Virus record (IMG/VR): IMGVR_UViG_3300045988_077276
Span: 1-64,000 of that record
Length of the DNA stretch: 64,000 nucleotides
DNA from: a virus
Reading direction: 5' to 3' (one strand)
Part shown: positions 1 through 8,799 of the stretch, piece after piece
Layout: every line of letters starts with the position of its first letter
Position numbering within the stretch: the stretch's first letter is position 1
Made by a program: the position numbers and the translations under genes
The notes under the pieces: model-generated
The model's input: only the letters and a program-made list of their open reading frames with translations
Told to the model about the DNA's origin: nothing
Database searches by the model: none

Positions 1-621
1 ATGCACATAATGAGAATCACAAGCGGCAATCAATGGAACATCATACTTTGCACCCATTTCTGCAACCATTGCATTAAAACGCTTTTGGTCTTCATGTTGA
101 TACGTGTGTATTTCAAAATACAAGTCGTCACCGAAGATGTCTTTAAACTGGGGTATTAAAGACTCACGATTATCTCCTTTTAGCCATCCACCCATGCAAG
201 CAGACGTACAGATTAAACCCTCGGAGTACTGTTTGATTATATCTAAATCAATTCTTGACTTGTAATAATAATGTCTGTGTGCTTCCGTTGTCAACTTGAA
301 TAAATTTTCAAGACCAACTTGGTTCTTCGCAAGGAATAGTATGTGTGAATACGATTTATCCTTGATTGTGACATCATACGTATAGTACAACTCTGACCCC
401 ATCAACAGTTTTAAATCCGTGCCATGTTTCTTGTTATATTTCTGTAGATGCACATATGTGTCAATCAATCCAGAACAACCATTGTGGTCAGTCAATGCAA
501 ATCCACGTTGCCCCAATTCGTGTACACGCTGGATTATACCATCTACAGAACTGATTGCATCTTTCATTCCATAGTTCGAAAACTGTGAATGTAGATGCGT
601 ATGAATAAAGTTATCTGCCAT
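1..621 (-). CDS. dnaE: DNA polymerase III alpha subunit, N-terminal PHP domain (5' part only; gene continues beyond the left edge)
   Basis: Reverse-strand translation from ATG 621-619 gives MADNFIHTHLHSQFSNYGMKDAISSVDGIIQRVHELGQRGFALTDHNGCSG..., the HxH and DHN signature of the PolIII-alpha PHP domain. AGGAGG lies 5 nt upstream (626-631). The frame is open to position 1, so it is absent from the ORF track. Confidence 0.8.
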   Translation of the reverse strand, partial: MADNFIHTHLHSQFSNYGMKDAISSVDGIIQRVHELGQRGFALTDHNGCSGLIDTYVHLQKYNKKHGTDLKLLMGSELYYTYDVTIKDKSYSHILFLAKNQVGLENLFKLTTEAHRHYYYKSRIDLDIIKQYSEGLICTSACMGGWLKGDNRESLIPQFKDIFGDDLYFEIHTYQHEDQKRFNAMVAEMGAKYDVPLIAACDSHYVH

Positions 622-656
622 ATTTCCTCCTAGGTGAAAAATTTCAAAATCCACTA

Positions 657-686
657 TTGACAGTATACCACAACTTGTGCGATAAT
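657..686 (+). promoter_or_regulatory. sigma-70/SigA-type promoter for the ssb gene (divergent from dnaE)
   Basis: TTGACA at 657-662, an 18 nt spacer containing TG, GATAAT at 681-686. Confidence 0.5.
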
Positions 687-744
687 ACAAGTGCGGAAAG
701 TTTTACCGCAAGAGTATTTTTCAACAGAAAAGGAACAAAAGAAT

Positions 745-1347
745 ATGGCAAAAGAAAAACCACTTGACAAAATTACTGATGTAATGACACCTGTTGGTGA
801 AAGTGTGTTTGTAAAAATCAATGGAGTTATTGACGACTTCGCTGGTGGTCGCAAGTACACGGTAACAATGCACTTGGATGATGCAGATGCAGAAGCCTTG
901 AAAGAAAAGTTGGTTAAAATCTGGGAGTCTTCCAACACTTGTAAACAACGTGAAGAAAACGGTAAAGAAACAGACCGTCCAACATTCACATTGACCAAGA
1001 AAAAAGACTATGGTTATCAACTAAAGGCATCTACGCAAGTTGAGTTTACCGACAAAGACGGCAACACACACGAGAATGTGGTTCGTTTGGTTGACGGTGA
1101 CAAAAAACCAATGGACGAAAAAACTGCTATCTGGAGTGGCTCTAAAATTGCACTTTGGATTGGTGTACGTCCATACGAAACTGCTATGATGTACGGTGTA
1201 TCTCTCAAACTTAAAGGTATTCAAGTCATTGACCTTGTGACTGGTGGTGCTGGTGGTGCTTTCGGTGGCTCTGCATCCGATGATGTTGGTTCTTATGGTT
1301 CTTCCATGAGCGACACATTTGATACATCCGAAGACATCCCATTCTAA
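745..1347 (+). CDS. ssb: single-stranded DNA-binding protein (phage SSB with acidic C-terminal tail)
   Basis: In-frame ATG at 745 after AAAGGAA. The Gly/Ser-rich linker GGAGGAFGGSASDD and the C-terminal ...TSEDIPF match the DDDIPF-type SSB tail. It sits beside dnaE. Confidence 0.7.
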   Translation: MAKEKPLDKITDVMTPVGESVFVKINGVIDDFAGGRKYTVTMHLDDADAEALKEKLVKIWESSNTCKQREENGKETDRPTFTLTKKKDYGYQLKASTQVEFTDKDGNTHENVVRLVDGDKKPMDEKTAIWSGSKIALWIGVRPYETAMMYGVSLKLKGIQVIDLVTGGAGGAFGGSASDDVGSYGSSMSDTFDTSEDIPF

Positions 1348-1396
1348 CAAAAGAAATTACCTTGGTCTACAACTAAATATTGAGAACCAAAATCAA

Positions 1397-1426
1397 CCCA
1401 AGTCAAATACGGCTTGGGTATTTTGG
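1397..1426 (+). terminator. rho-independent terminator after ssb
   Basis: CCCAAG (1397-1402) pairs with CTTGGG (1413-1418), followed by TATTTTGG. Confidence 0.5.
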
Positions 1427-1533
1427 CGTTCAATCATTGGTTGTATATTGTGTGTAAAACATACAGTTAAAATTCATAAAAATACATAAGAAAACCCCTT
1501 GACAAAATTAGACTTTTGTGATACCCTATCAAA

Positions 1534-1680
1534 CCTAAGTTTAAAACATAAGAAATACTATAGTTTACCCCTTAGGTTTTAAACAAAAGTTTCATACAAG
1601 GGTTTTCTCTCTTATGTTTTTCACCTAGGTTTAAAACTTATGTCCATACCTAAGGTATGCTCCTAGGGTTAAAACATAAG
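1534..1680 (+). repeat. iteron-like direct repeats, consensus CCTA(A/G)GTTTAAAAC(A/T)TAAG
   Basis: Copies start near 1534, 1571, 1624 and 1662, with an inverted partial copy (CTTATGTTTTT) at 1611. The interval is ORF-free. Confidence 0.6.
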
Positions 1681-1694
1681 TGAATACTTGTTTG

Positions 1695-1741
1695 GTTATC
1701 TTTTGTATTCTTCACTTACGTTCAGAAATACAAAAGATAAC
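1695..1741. repeat. 15 bp perfect inverted repeat (GGTTATCTTTTGTAT / ATACAAAAGATAACC-type)
   Basis: Hand pairing of 1695-1709 with 1727-1741 gives 15 consecutive Watson-Crick pairs and a 17 nt loop. Confidence 0.7.
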
Positions 1742-1812
1742 ACGAAACTGGAGTAAAACGGCAAAGCCGTAACCGCCCTTGGCGGTTGTTACAAGTCAGA
1801 TAATAATTTGTG

Positions 1813-1841
1813 TTGACTTGTCCATTTACGTATGGTACAAT
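1813..1841 (+). promoter_or_regulatory. early promoter
   Basis: TTGACT 1813-1818, a 17 nt spacer ending in TGG, TACAAT 1836-1841. Confidence 0.65.
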
Positions 1842-1883
1842 GTATGTGTATCAAGTCGGAAAGAAATGAAAGGAGGTCATACA

Positions 1884-2225
1884 ATGACGGCACAAAACTT
1901 TATCGACAAGGACTTTAAAAAGAAAGCATGGACACTCGCTATGATGTACTTCAAGAAATGTACAACCAATGGTGCGTTCCATAACGGAAAACCGTCTTCC
2001 GAGTTCTTTAAAGTCCGTTCGTTCTTCATGCAGATTGACGAAAACTCTATGTTGAAATTGTATAAATACATGGACACACTAGAGAAAACAGATATGTCAC
2101 TAACTGACGTGTTCATCGCAGCAAACGAACTCAATGCTAAAGAATTTGCGAAAGCCAATACGAATACGGTCATTCGTGAACGGCAAGCCTTTGACCTAGA
2201 AAAGTGGTTTAACGACAATGCGTAA
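1884..2225 (+). CDS. hypothetical protein
   Basis: ATG 1884 lies 7 nt after AGGAGG, in frame with track ORF 1779..2225. Confidence 0.65.
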   Translation: MTAQNFIDKDFKKKAWTLAMMYFKKCTTNGAFHNGKPSSEFFKVRSFFMQIDENSMLKLYKYMDTLEKTDMSLTDVFIAANELNAKEFAKANTNTVIRERQAFDLEKWFNDNA

Positions 2226-2646
2226 GGTCAAACAACTTGGATTCTTGGTCGTAAACAAGCAACAACCAAAACCGAAACGGTACATTAAACGACTAACCGT
2301 AAATGGTCTAATCAGACGTAAGAAACAGTTTCGCTTTTGGTATACCTTGAAATGTACCAAAGAAGAAGACATTATGACCTCGTTAAAAGAGCCAAAGTCG
2401 GTTATCATCTTTGATGTATTTTCCGTTGGTTCTCTCATTCGATTGACACTTAACGGACGTGTAGAATCGTATACGTTAAATTCCGACAACTGTACATTCG
2501 GTTGGTATAAGCGTTGTGTGACAACGTATTTGTTTATCGTTGACCACAATCATAACAGAACATTCGTATTCGGTCACAGAAAACACAAGATTCGCACAGA
2601 ACGAGAACTATGGGAATCAAGCGACATTAATTATTGGGGAGGATAA
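2218..2646 (+). CDS. hypothetical protein (basic N-terminus)
   Basis: Track ORF whose start overlaps the upstream stop. No clear SD. Confidence 0.5.
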   Translation: MRKVKQLGFLVVNKQQPKPKRYIKRLTVNGLIRRKKQFRFWYTLKCTKEEDIMTSLKEPKSVIIFDVFSVGSLIRLTLNGRVESYTLNSDNCTFGWYKRCVTTYLFIVDHNHNRTFVFGHRKHKIRTERELWESSDINYWGG

Positions 2647-2652
2647 CGCAGC

Positions 2653-3291
2653 ATGGATTCATTTATTCGACTACAGTTGACAACGGCAACGATTGTCAGA
2701 CACAACTTGGTCAATCTACTGGAATTTATACGGACAAACCATATTCATTCCATACAGAAAACGGAAGATGGTTATCTCGTGTTAGGTAATGAAACATCTG
2801 TTTGGACAAAACGAGCAACTGATTTTACGTTTATTGGTATCAATGATGTTCTTCCAGATGGTGTTCTATCGGTTGAAGACTTTTACCAAAACCGATACGA
2901 GTTTTTGAACAAGATATTCACAACCAACGATGATATATCCAAAGTGATACATGATTTATACGACACCTTAATCAAACTATTGGAGATTTATCAAGAGCCA
3001 TACAATCCAAAGGATACATTGTTCTTGTATGACCATTCGTCTGTTTACAGTCTAGGTGGCAACGGAGAACAACACTTTATCACACATATTGAGAATGTAC
3101 CGCAGTATATTCCGTTTGATTGCATCTGCAAAGACAACGACATTATAGCCATTAGAACGGCAGTCAGTCAATTGTATGACTTAAAATGTTGCATTGACCC
3201 ATCTATTGACTATCAGTTGCAACAACAGTTGAAAACACTACAGGAGGAATACCCAGATGAATACAATTTCAACCTTAAAGTACAAGATTGA
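2653..3291 (+). CDS. hypothetical protein
   Basis: Track ORF with GGGAGGA upstream. Confidence 0.65.
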   Translation: MDSFIRLQLTTATIVRHNLVNLLEFIRTNHIHSIQKTEDGYLVLGNETSVWTKRATDFTFIGINDVLPDGVLSVEDFYQNRYEFLNKIFTTNDDISKVIHDLYDTLIKLLEIYQEPYNPKDTLFLYDHSSVYSLGGNGEQHFITHIENVPQYIPFDCICKDNDIIAIRTAVSQLYDLKCCIDPSIDYQLQQQLKTLQEEYPDEYNFNLKVQD

Positions 3292-4180
3292 CTTGCAAGA
3301 GTTGGTTGAAGAATATACGACCCTTTCACGAAACGGTGGTAAAATTCCAAGGGGTACTTGTCCAATATGCCACGGAGATAACCCAACAGAGTTTTGTATT
3401 CTTGGTGACAGATACTATTGTCACAAATGTGGTTCATCTGGTGATGCAATTGGTTTTTATTCCGAAGTAGAGGGTTTACCGTTCTATCAAGCGGTTGAAG
3501 CCTTGGCAGAAAAATACGAGGTATCAACGGACGACCCTGTGTATCAAAAACAAAAAAGCATCGTTGGTCAGAACACTAAAGTTGCCATAAAGTATCACAA
3601 AGCCGTTGATGCCGTTCGTGAATACATGAATGTCAAACGTGGTATTAATGATGAAATGTTGGAAGAATTTCTGATTGGATATGACAAGGGTGGATTCTTG
3701 GGTGTGCAATCGTCTGGTATTGTCATACCGATTCAAGATGCGTATGGTCGTATCGTTGGTTTCTCCAAAAGACGATTGGAAGAAACGAATGAACCAAAGT
3801 ATAAGAATACAAAAGAAGACGATGTGTTCGTCAAAAGACAACTGTTGTTTAATTACCATCGTGCGGTTAAGATGTTGCATCCGAATGGTGTACTTCATGT
3901 TGCCGAGGGTTATCTTGATGTCATGTCCGCACATCAACAAGGGATTCCATGCGTTGGGTATCTTGGTGGTCGATTGACAAAAGACCAGATTGGTTTACTA
4001 TGGGAGTTACAAAAGCGATACAATGGCGACATCACGTTTGCATTGGCAGTTGATAATCCAGAGTGTGATACAACTGGTCGCAAGGCATTACTAAAAACAA
4101 GGGAAGATATTAACAAGTACGCACCAGATTTAAACGTGCGTGTGGTTAAATATCCGAGTAATAACGGAAACGAGGAATAA
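3257..4180 (+). CDS. DNA primase, DnaG-like (CHC2 zinc finger + TOPRIM)
   Basis: CPICHGDNPTEFCILGDRYYCHKCGSSGDAIGF zinc-finger motif and a TOPRIM-like VAEGYLDVMSAHQQG segment. GGAGG upstream. Confidence 0.85.
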   Translation: MNTISTLKYKIDLQELVEEYTTLSRNGGKIPRGTCPICHGDNPTEFCILGDRYYCHKCGSSGDAIGFYSEVEGLPFYQAVEALAEKYEVSTDDPVYQKQKSIVGQNTKVAIKYHKAVDAVREYMNVKRGINDEMLEEFLIGYDKGGFLGVQSSGIVIPIQDAYGRIVGFSKRRLEETNEPKYKNTKEDDVFVKRQLLFNYHRAVKMLHPNGVLHVAEGYLDVMSAHQQGIPCVGYLGGRLTKDQIGLLWELQKRYNGDITFALAVDNPECDTTGRKALLKTREDINKYAPDLNVRVVKYPSNNGNEE

Positions 4181-4183
4181 GCA

Positions 4184-4441
4184 ATGGGATATGCACTATT
4201 AGATGGCACTTGCGTGTCTTCAATGATTAACAAAGAATATACTGTGAATGGGTATCGGTTTATTACACAATTTGACAACGGCTGGATTTCCATTCGTTTT
4301 CTTGATGATGTACCAACTAACTGTGTGAATCAATTCAGTAACATTGGTGCGTTTAATGAATACATCGAGTATTTAAAACGCAAGCCACATCATGATGATT
4401 ATGTTGCAATGGCTACATTAGCGGAGGAAGACAATGGATAA
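4184..4441 (+). CDS. hypothetical protein
   Basis: Track ORF with a GAGGA SD. Confidence 0.6.
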   Translation: MGYALLDGTCVSSMINKEYTVNGYRFITQFDNGWISIRFLDDVPTNCVNQFSNIGAFNEYIEYLKRKPHHDDYVAMATLAEEDNG

Positions 4442-4655
4442 ATACTTACAGGATAAGCTATTTGAGATTAATTCGATGTTTAACTTTGTAGAACCAATTA
4501 ATAATCCAACAGAATTAATCCTTGGTGATACGTTGTATAATATCCATGTTTACGCTGGATATAAAATCACGGCAGATAATACGGTGACACAACAATCAAC
4601 CGATTTTAAAGACTTTATGTCATTCTATGATTTCATCCTAGGAGAAAATAAATGA
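4434..4655 (+). CDS. hypothetical protein
   Basis: Track ORF with a GGAGGA SD; overlaps the upstream stop. Confidence 0.6.
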   Translation: MDKYLQDKLFEINSMFNFVEPINNPTELILGDTLYNIHVYAGYKITADNTVTQQSTDFKDFMSFYDFILGENK

Positions 4656-5146
4656 AGATAATACACATGGTTAAATACGGTTGTGGACAATGGGAAGACT
4701 ATCACGAAGATGTCGAATATATGTACGAATCATTTAACGAAGCCAAACAAAAATGTCTACAGTTGCAATCTGAAATCGACAAACGCTTACAAGATAATCA
4801 ACGTTGGTACGATACTTTGGATAAGCTAGACGAAGAAGATATCGAAAGTATTTATAATAGAACTGTTAGACGAACAACATTTGTTGTTGCGTTCTTTGAG
4901 TTTATTGAATCTCCAAAAGATTTTCCAGAAATCTTAGATTTGTTCAGTCAAGAGATGCAAGGCAAATTCTTATTGTATGCCGAAGCATCAGAGTATGTCA
5001 ATTCAATCAGTATCTTTGATAATGATTTTGATAATCCGCATTATTTTATGTCTGTATACAAATGGTTAGACGATGGTTCAATGAAATGGATTGATTCCTA
5101 TAGCTATGGACAACTGGAGGATATGCAATGCTTGAAACTGAATTAA
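4652..5146 (+). CDS. hypothetical protein
   Basis: Track ORF with an ATGA start/stop overlap and a GGAG SD. Confidence 0.6.
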   Translation: MKIIHMVKYGCGQWEDYHEDVEYMYESFNEAKQKCLQLQSEIDKRLQDNQRWYDTLDKLDEEDIESIYNRTVRRTTFVVAFFEFIESPKDFPEILDLFSQEMQGKFLLYAEASEYVNSISIFDNDFDNPHYFMSVYKWLDDGSMKWIDSYSYGQLEDMQCLKLN

Positions 5147-5874
5147 TCACACGAGTTGAGTTATCCACTCCAGTAAACCAATGCCAAGGTTTTTGCTGGG
5201 ATTCAAAACGTAAGCAATTCATCTTGGCTACCATCTCCAGTGACAATAAAACCCAAGATATTTACCGCATTAGTTATGATGGTTCTACCCTTAGTAATCA
5301 TCGTTTCAACGATAAACCACGCTTAGGACATATGAATACGTTGACTTATCGGCGTGATACCGATATTATTTATACCACAAATGCAACTGTAGATGGTTTT
5401 CTGTTGACGGCTTTGGATGCACAAGACTTTTCTATTAGGCAAGAAATAAAAATGCCATACAAGGTCTTTAACGTGGCGTATGACCCATATACACACAAGT
5501 TTGTATCCATTAGACCATACAAAAAGAACATTCGTTTGATTCAAGAATATAAGTGCGTGGCAAACGACAACAAACCACAGTTTGTGCGTGAATATGAACT
5601 TGATTGTGTAAACGAAGATATTAACAACAATGGTGCTTTTGTGTTTTTAGATAATATTGTTTTTACAACCTTGACACATCTCGTAATCTATGATACATTT
5701 AATAATGTAAAGACGATGGTTGAGTTACCAAAGAACTTTGAGGTAGAAGACATTGATATTGTCGATGGTCAGCTATACTGTAGTGTGTACAGACCAAAAG
5801 GCATTGTTGAAATCCATCGTATTTTGGGATTAGACTCCCAATTAATAAAAAATGTTCGTCCTATTGGGTTTTAA
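5128..5874 (+). CDS. hypothetical protein
   Basis: Track ORF with GGAGG about 10 nt upstream. Confidence 0.6.
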   Translation: MLETELITRVELSTPVNQCQGFCWDSKRKQFILATISSDNKTQDIYRISYDGSTLSNHRFNDKPRLGHMNTLTYRRDTDIIYTTNATVDGFLLTALDAQDFSIRQEIKMPYKVFNVAYDPYTHKFVSIRPYKKNIRLIQEYKCVANDNKPQFVREYELDCVNEDINNNGAFVFLDNIVFTTLTHLVIYDTFNNVKTMVELPKNFEVEDIDIVDGQLYCSVYRPKGIVEIHRILGLDSQLIKNVRPIGF

Positions 5875-5906
5875 ATCCAAGTTTTTAACGAAGTGAGGTA
5901 AAAATT

Positions 5907-6074
5907 ATGAAAGTTGTATCTATTAAAAACTTATTTGGCGATAATGACTTTAAGTGTTGTTGCGAAGAACACGTTCTTGTTAAAGACAATACTAAATATC
6001 TACCCTTAGAAATCACAGAATATAATGGGTTCTACTATTTACCTAGTTGGGTACAGGAGGTTGACTTTGAATGA
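5907..6074 (+). CDS. small hypothetical protein (55 aa, Cys-rich CCCEEH)
   Basis: Hand-translated MKVVSIKNLFGDNDFKCCCEEHVLVKDN... It is below the track size cutoff. GAGGT SD; its stop overlaps the next start (ATGA). Confidence 0.5.
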   Translation: MKVVSIKNLFGDNDFKCCCEEHVLVKDNTKYLPLEITEYNGFYYLPSWVQEVDFE

Positions 6075-6796
6075 ATGTATTAATCGCTTGTGAGGAGTCA
6101 CAAACCGTCTGTAAAGCCTTTAGAGAACTTGGGTTTAATGCCTATAGTTGTGACATCGTGAAATGTTCTGGAGAGCATCCAGAGTGGCACTTTAAGGTAG
6201 ATATATTCGATGTTATCAAACGCAAGGGTGGAGTTACCCAAAGTGGTAATCTTGTGTTTGTTGACAAATGGGATTTAATGATTGCACATCCACCGTGTAC
6301 GTTATTATCCTCTAGTGGTGCAAAATGGTATTATCATCCAGATGATAAAGATTTACCCATTGAACAACGTAGACCGCATCCACGGTTTCCACATCGGAAA
6401 CAAGACCAAGATGCAGCCGTTGATTTCTTTATGGCATTATACAATACGAACATACCATATATTGCCATTGAGAATCCTGTTGGTGTTATGTCTACGAGAT
6501 TCCGTAAGCCAGACCAGATTGTACAACCGTATATGTTTGGCGACTCAGCACGTAAGACCACTTGTTTGTGGCTAAAGGGTTTGCCATCTTTAGAACCTAC
6601 TAAGGTGGTATCCGAGGGCGAATCCATTGTATTCCGTAGTGGTAAAAAAATGCCAAAGTGGTACTGTGATGCGTTGACAAATGCAAAAACAGATGCAGAA
6701 CGCAGACGTTTACGCAGCAAAACATTTGATGGTATCGCACGAGCAATGGCATCTCAATGGGGAACATTTGTTAAACACGAAATGGAGAAACAGTAA
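6071..6796 (+). CDS. putative DNA cytosine-C5 methyltransferase-like protein (short phage variant)
   Basis: N-terminal VLIACEESQ, then MIAHPPCT (a PC catalytic-type motif) and IAIENPVG (an ENV-type motif). The assignment comes from motif memory only. Confidence 0.45.
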   Translation: MNVLIACEESQTVCKAFRELGFNAYSCDIVKCSGEHPEWHFKVDIFDVIKRKGGVTQSGNLVFVDKWDLMIAHPPCTLLSSSGAKWYYHPDDKDLPIEQRRPHPRFPHRKQDQDAAVDFFMALYNTNIPYIAIENPVGVMSTRFRKPDQIVQPYMFGDSARKTTCLWLKGLPSLEPTKVVSEGESIVFRSGKKMPKWYCDALTNAKTDAERRRLRSKTFDGIARAMASQWGTFVKHEMEKQ

Positions 6797-7062
6797 TGAT
6801 TGATTTTTTGGAAAAACATTATATCTTTTTCACACGATTTGTTTGGATTGCAACATATATTGTGTTATTGGGTGTTCTTGATTTTTACAACGTATATAAA
6901 ATCAACGATGTACCAACATTCGTATGTTTTATCTTTGGTGTCTATTGGCTTGCCAAGATATTGACTGCAATGATTGTGATTGGTATTGCAGCCTTGTTAC
7001 AAATCAATGTTGACATCGAATTAAAATCATCGTTTACAATCAACGATAAATATATTTTCTAA
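6796..7062 (+). CDS. small membrane protein (2-3 TM)
   Basis: Hydrophobic stretches FVWIATYIVLLGVL, FVCFIFGVYWLAKIL and MIVIGIAALL. Confidence 0.6.
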   Translation: MIDFLEKHYIFFTRFVWIATYIVLLGVLDFYNVYKINDVPTFVCFIFGVYWLAKILTAMIVIGIAALLQINVDIELKSSFTINDKYIF

Positions 7063-7091
7063 CCAACAGTATTCACCCCTAGGAGAAAATT

Positions 7092-8024
7092 ATGAAATAC
7101 AGAAACGGCAACGCTAGTGTGTGGCTTGATTTACAAGACGGCACACGCATTATTGAATACCCAGATAACGAACCATTGACACTTGATACGCCACTCAATA
7201 TTGATATTCGTGTATCTACACAATGTCCATACGGTTATAATTCTATTACTAAGAAGTCTACTTGTGCATTTTGTCACGAGTCTGCATTGGTTGATGGTCA
7301 AGAATGTCATTATGGCGTTCTGCAAAAAGTGCTGATGGACGCAAAATTACCACGTGGGACAGAAATCGCCCTTGGGGTGAATCAGATAACAGACAATCTC
7401 TTACAGTTCGTCAAGAATTTATGGAAACTTGGATTGGTTGTCAATATTACAATGAACGAGCGGTATATCTTGCAATATGGCGACACACGGCTTAAAGAGA
7501 TGATGCCATATGTATATGGTCTTGGTATCTCTTATCGTTCACTATATGGATGTTTATCGCTACCAGATTGGATTGCAGAATATCCACATACGGTTATCCA
7601 TGTGATTAATGGCATTGATGATTTTGACGATGTAAAAGAACTGGGTGTAAAATACCGTAAGTTATTAATCTTGGGCGAAAAAGACTTCGGTTTTAACCGT
7701 GGAAAGGTTGATTTAAACACTCCACAACATAAACAATGGAAGTCGAATGTAATGCAATTGACGGAAATCTTTGACATTGTATCCTTTGATAACTTGGGGT
7801 TGCAGCAATTAGAAATCCGTGGTAAGATAACAGATGAAGAATACAAATCGTTTTACCAAGGCGAACATTCCATGTATGTCAATGCGGTGGAACAATACTT
7901 TGCACCATCAAGCCGTACACGGAATAACATTAAACGTTTTGATGAAACCGATTTACGTTCGTATTTTCATTTTTGTGAATCACAGGAGGTGTCGCATGAT
8001 ACTAAAGAGAACAGGCGTGTTTGA
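7092..8024 (+). CDS. hypothetical enzyme with a CX12CX2C cysteine motif (possible atypical radical-SAM-like protein)
   Basis: STQCPYGYNSITKKSTCAFCHES near the N-terminus. GGAG SD. No canonical CX3CX2C. Confidence 0.6.
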   Translation: MKYRNGNASVWLDLQDGTRIIEYPDNEPLTLDTPLNIDIRVSTQCPYGYNSITKKSTCAFCHESALVDGQECHYGVLQKVLMDAKLPRGTEIALGVNQITDNLLQFVKNLWKLGLVVNITMNERYILQYGDTRLKEMMPYVYGLGISYRSLYGCLSLPDWIAEYPHTVIHVINGIDDFDDVKELGVKYRKLLILGEKDFGFNRGKVDLNTPQHKQWKSNVMQLTEIFDIVSFDNLGLQQLEIRGKITDEEYKSFYQGEHSMYVNAVEQYFAPSSRTRNNIKRFDETDLRSYFHFCESQEVSHDTKENRRV

Positions 8025-8490
8025 AACCAACAGTTCTTCTTGTCACTCAATGGCAATCGTTGGACGATTACAAAAGAAAACGCCAAAGGATGCAACCATT
8101 ACAGACATATACGGAGAACTTGGGTATACTCCAATGTTTGATAATGTTGTATGGACTGTAAAGTTTGAAGACTACCTGTGGAAAGAACAACAGTTATGCA
8201 ATTCCCAAGAAAAACTGTGGTTTTTGTTGTCTTACATCTATAGTGAATATAACTTTGACTCCATATTTGTCGATGAGTTTTACAAAAAAGTAAAGCGTTG
8301 GTTGTCTGACATTGGTATCACACTAAAAGAACCAGACTATAGTGAATACGAAGATTATGTCGATGAAGTTTTGTCACAATCTATTTTCAAACAGGAAATG
8401 TTTCAAACACCAAAAGACTTGTATGAATATTTGTTTGATGATGATTTAATTATTGATATTCGTTCTGTCGAGGTAAACGCAGAGTACTAG
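7996..8490 (+). CDS. GVFETNSSSxHS-family protein, paralog 1
   Basis: ATG 7996 follows AGGAGG. The N-terminus is MILKRTGVFETNSSSCHSMA, and the C-terminal block is MFQTPKDLYEYLFDDDLII. Confidence 0.7.
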   Translation: MILKRTGVFETNSSSCHSMAIVGRLQKKTPKDATITDIYGELGYTPMFDNVVWTVKFEDYLWKEQQLCNSQEKLWFLLSYIYSEYNFDSIFVDEFYKKVKRWLSDIGITLKEPDYSEYEDYVDEVLSQSIFKQEMFQTPKDLYEYLFDDDLIIDIRSVEVNAEY

Positions 8491-8502
8491 GGAGGAACAC
8501 TA

Positions 8503-8799
8503 ATGGATTCACAAAACCAACATTCCTTAGAATGTCTATTAGAATCCCCAGTTGGTATTCGTTGTGATACTGATATGATGCCGTCATGTTTAGACCGAGT
8601 TAAACATATTGTGTTATACTTTGATAGTCTTTATGCTAAGGTTCAAGATATATATATGTGTTCTAATGGTCGTTACTATATGCTAGAGTGTTACGAAGAA
8701 TACAATAATAAGAAAAGACATCTTATTCGTTTTATTGAAGTAGAACATAAGATTAAAATTATAGATTATTGGGTTGACGTAAAGGGGGCAAACAAATGA
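8503..8799 (+). CDS. hypothetical protein
   Basis: Track ORF with a GGGAGGA SD. Confidence 0.6.
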   Translation: MDSQNQHSLECLLESPVGIRCDTDMMPSCLDRVKHIVLYFDSLYAKVQDIYMCSNGRYYMLECYEEYNNKKRHLIRFIEVEHKIKIIDYWVDVKGANK

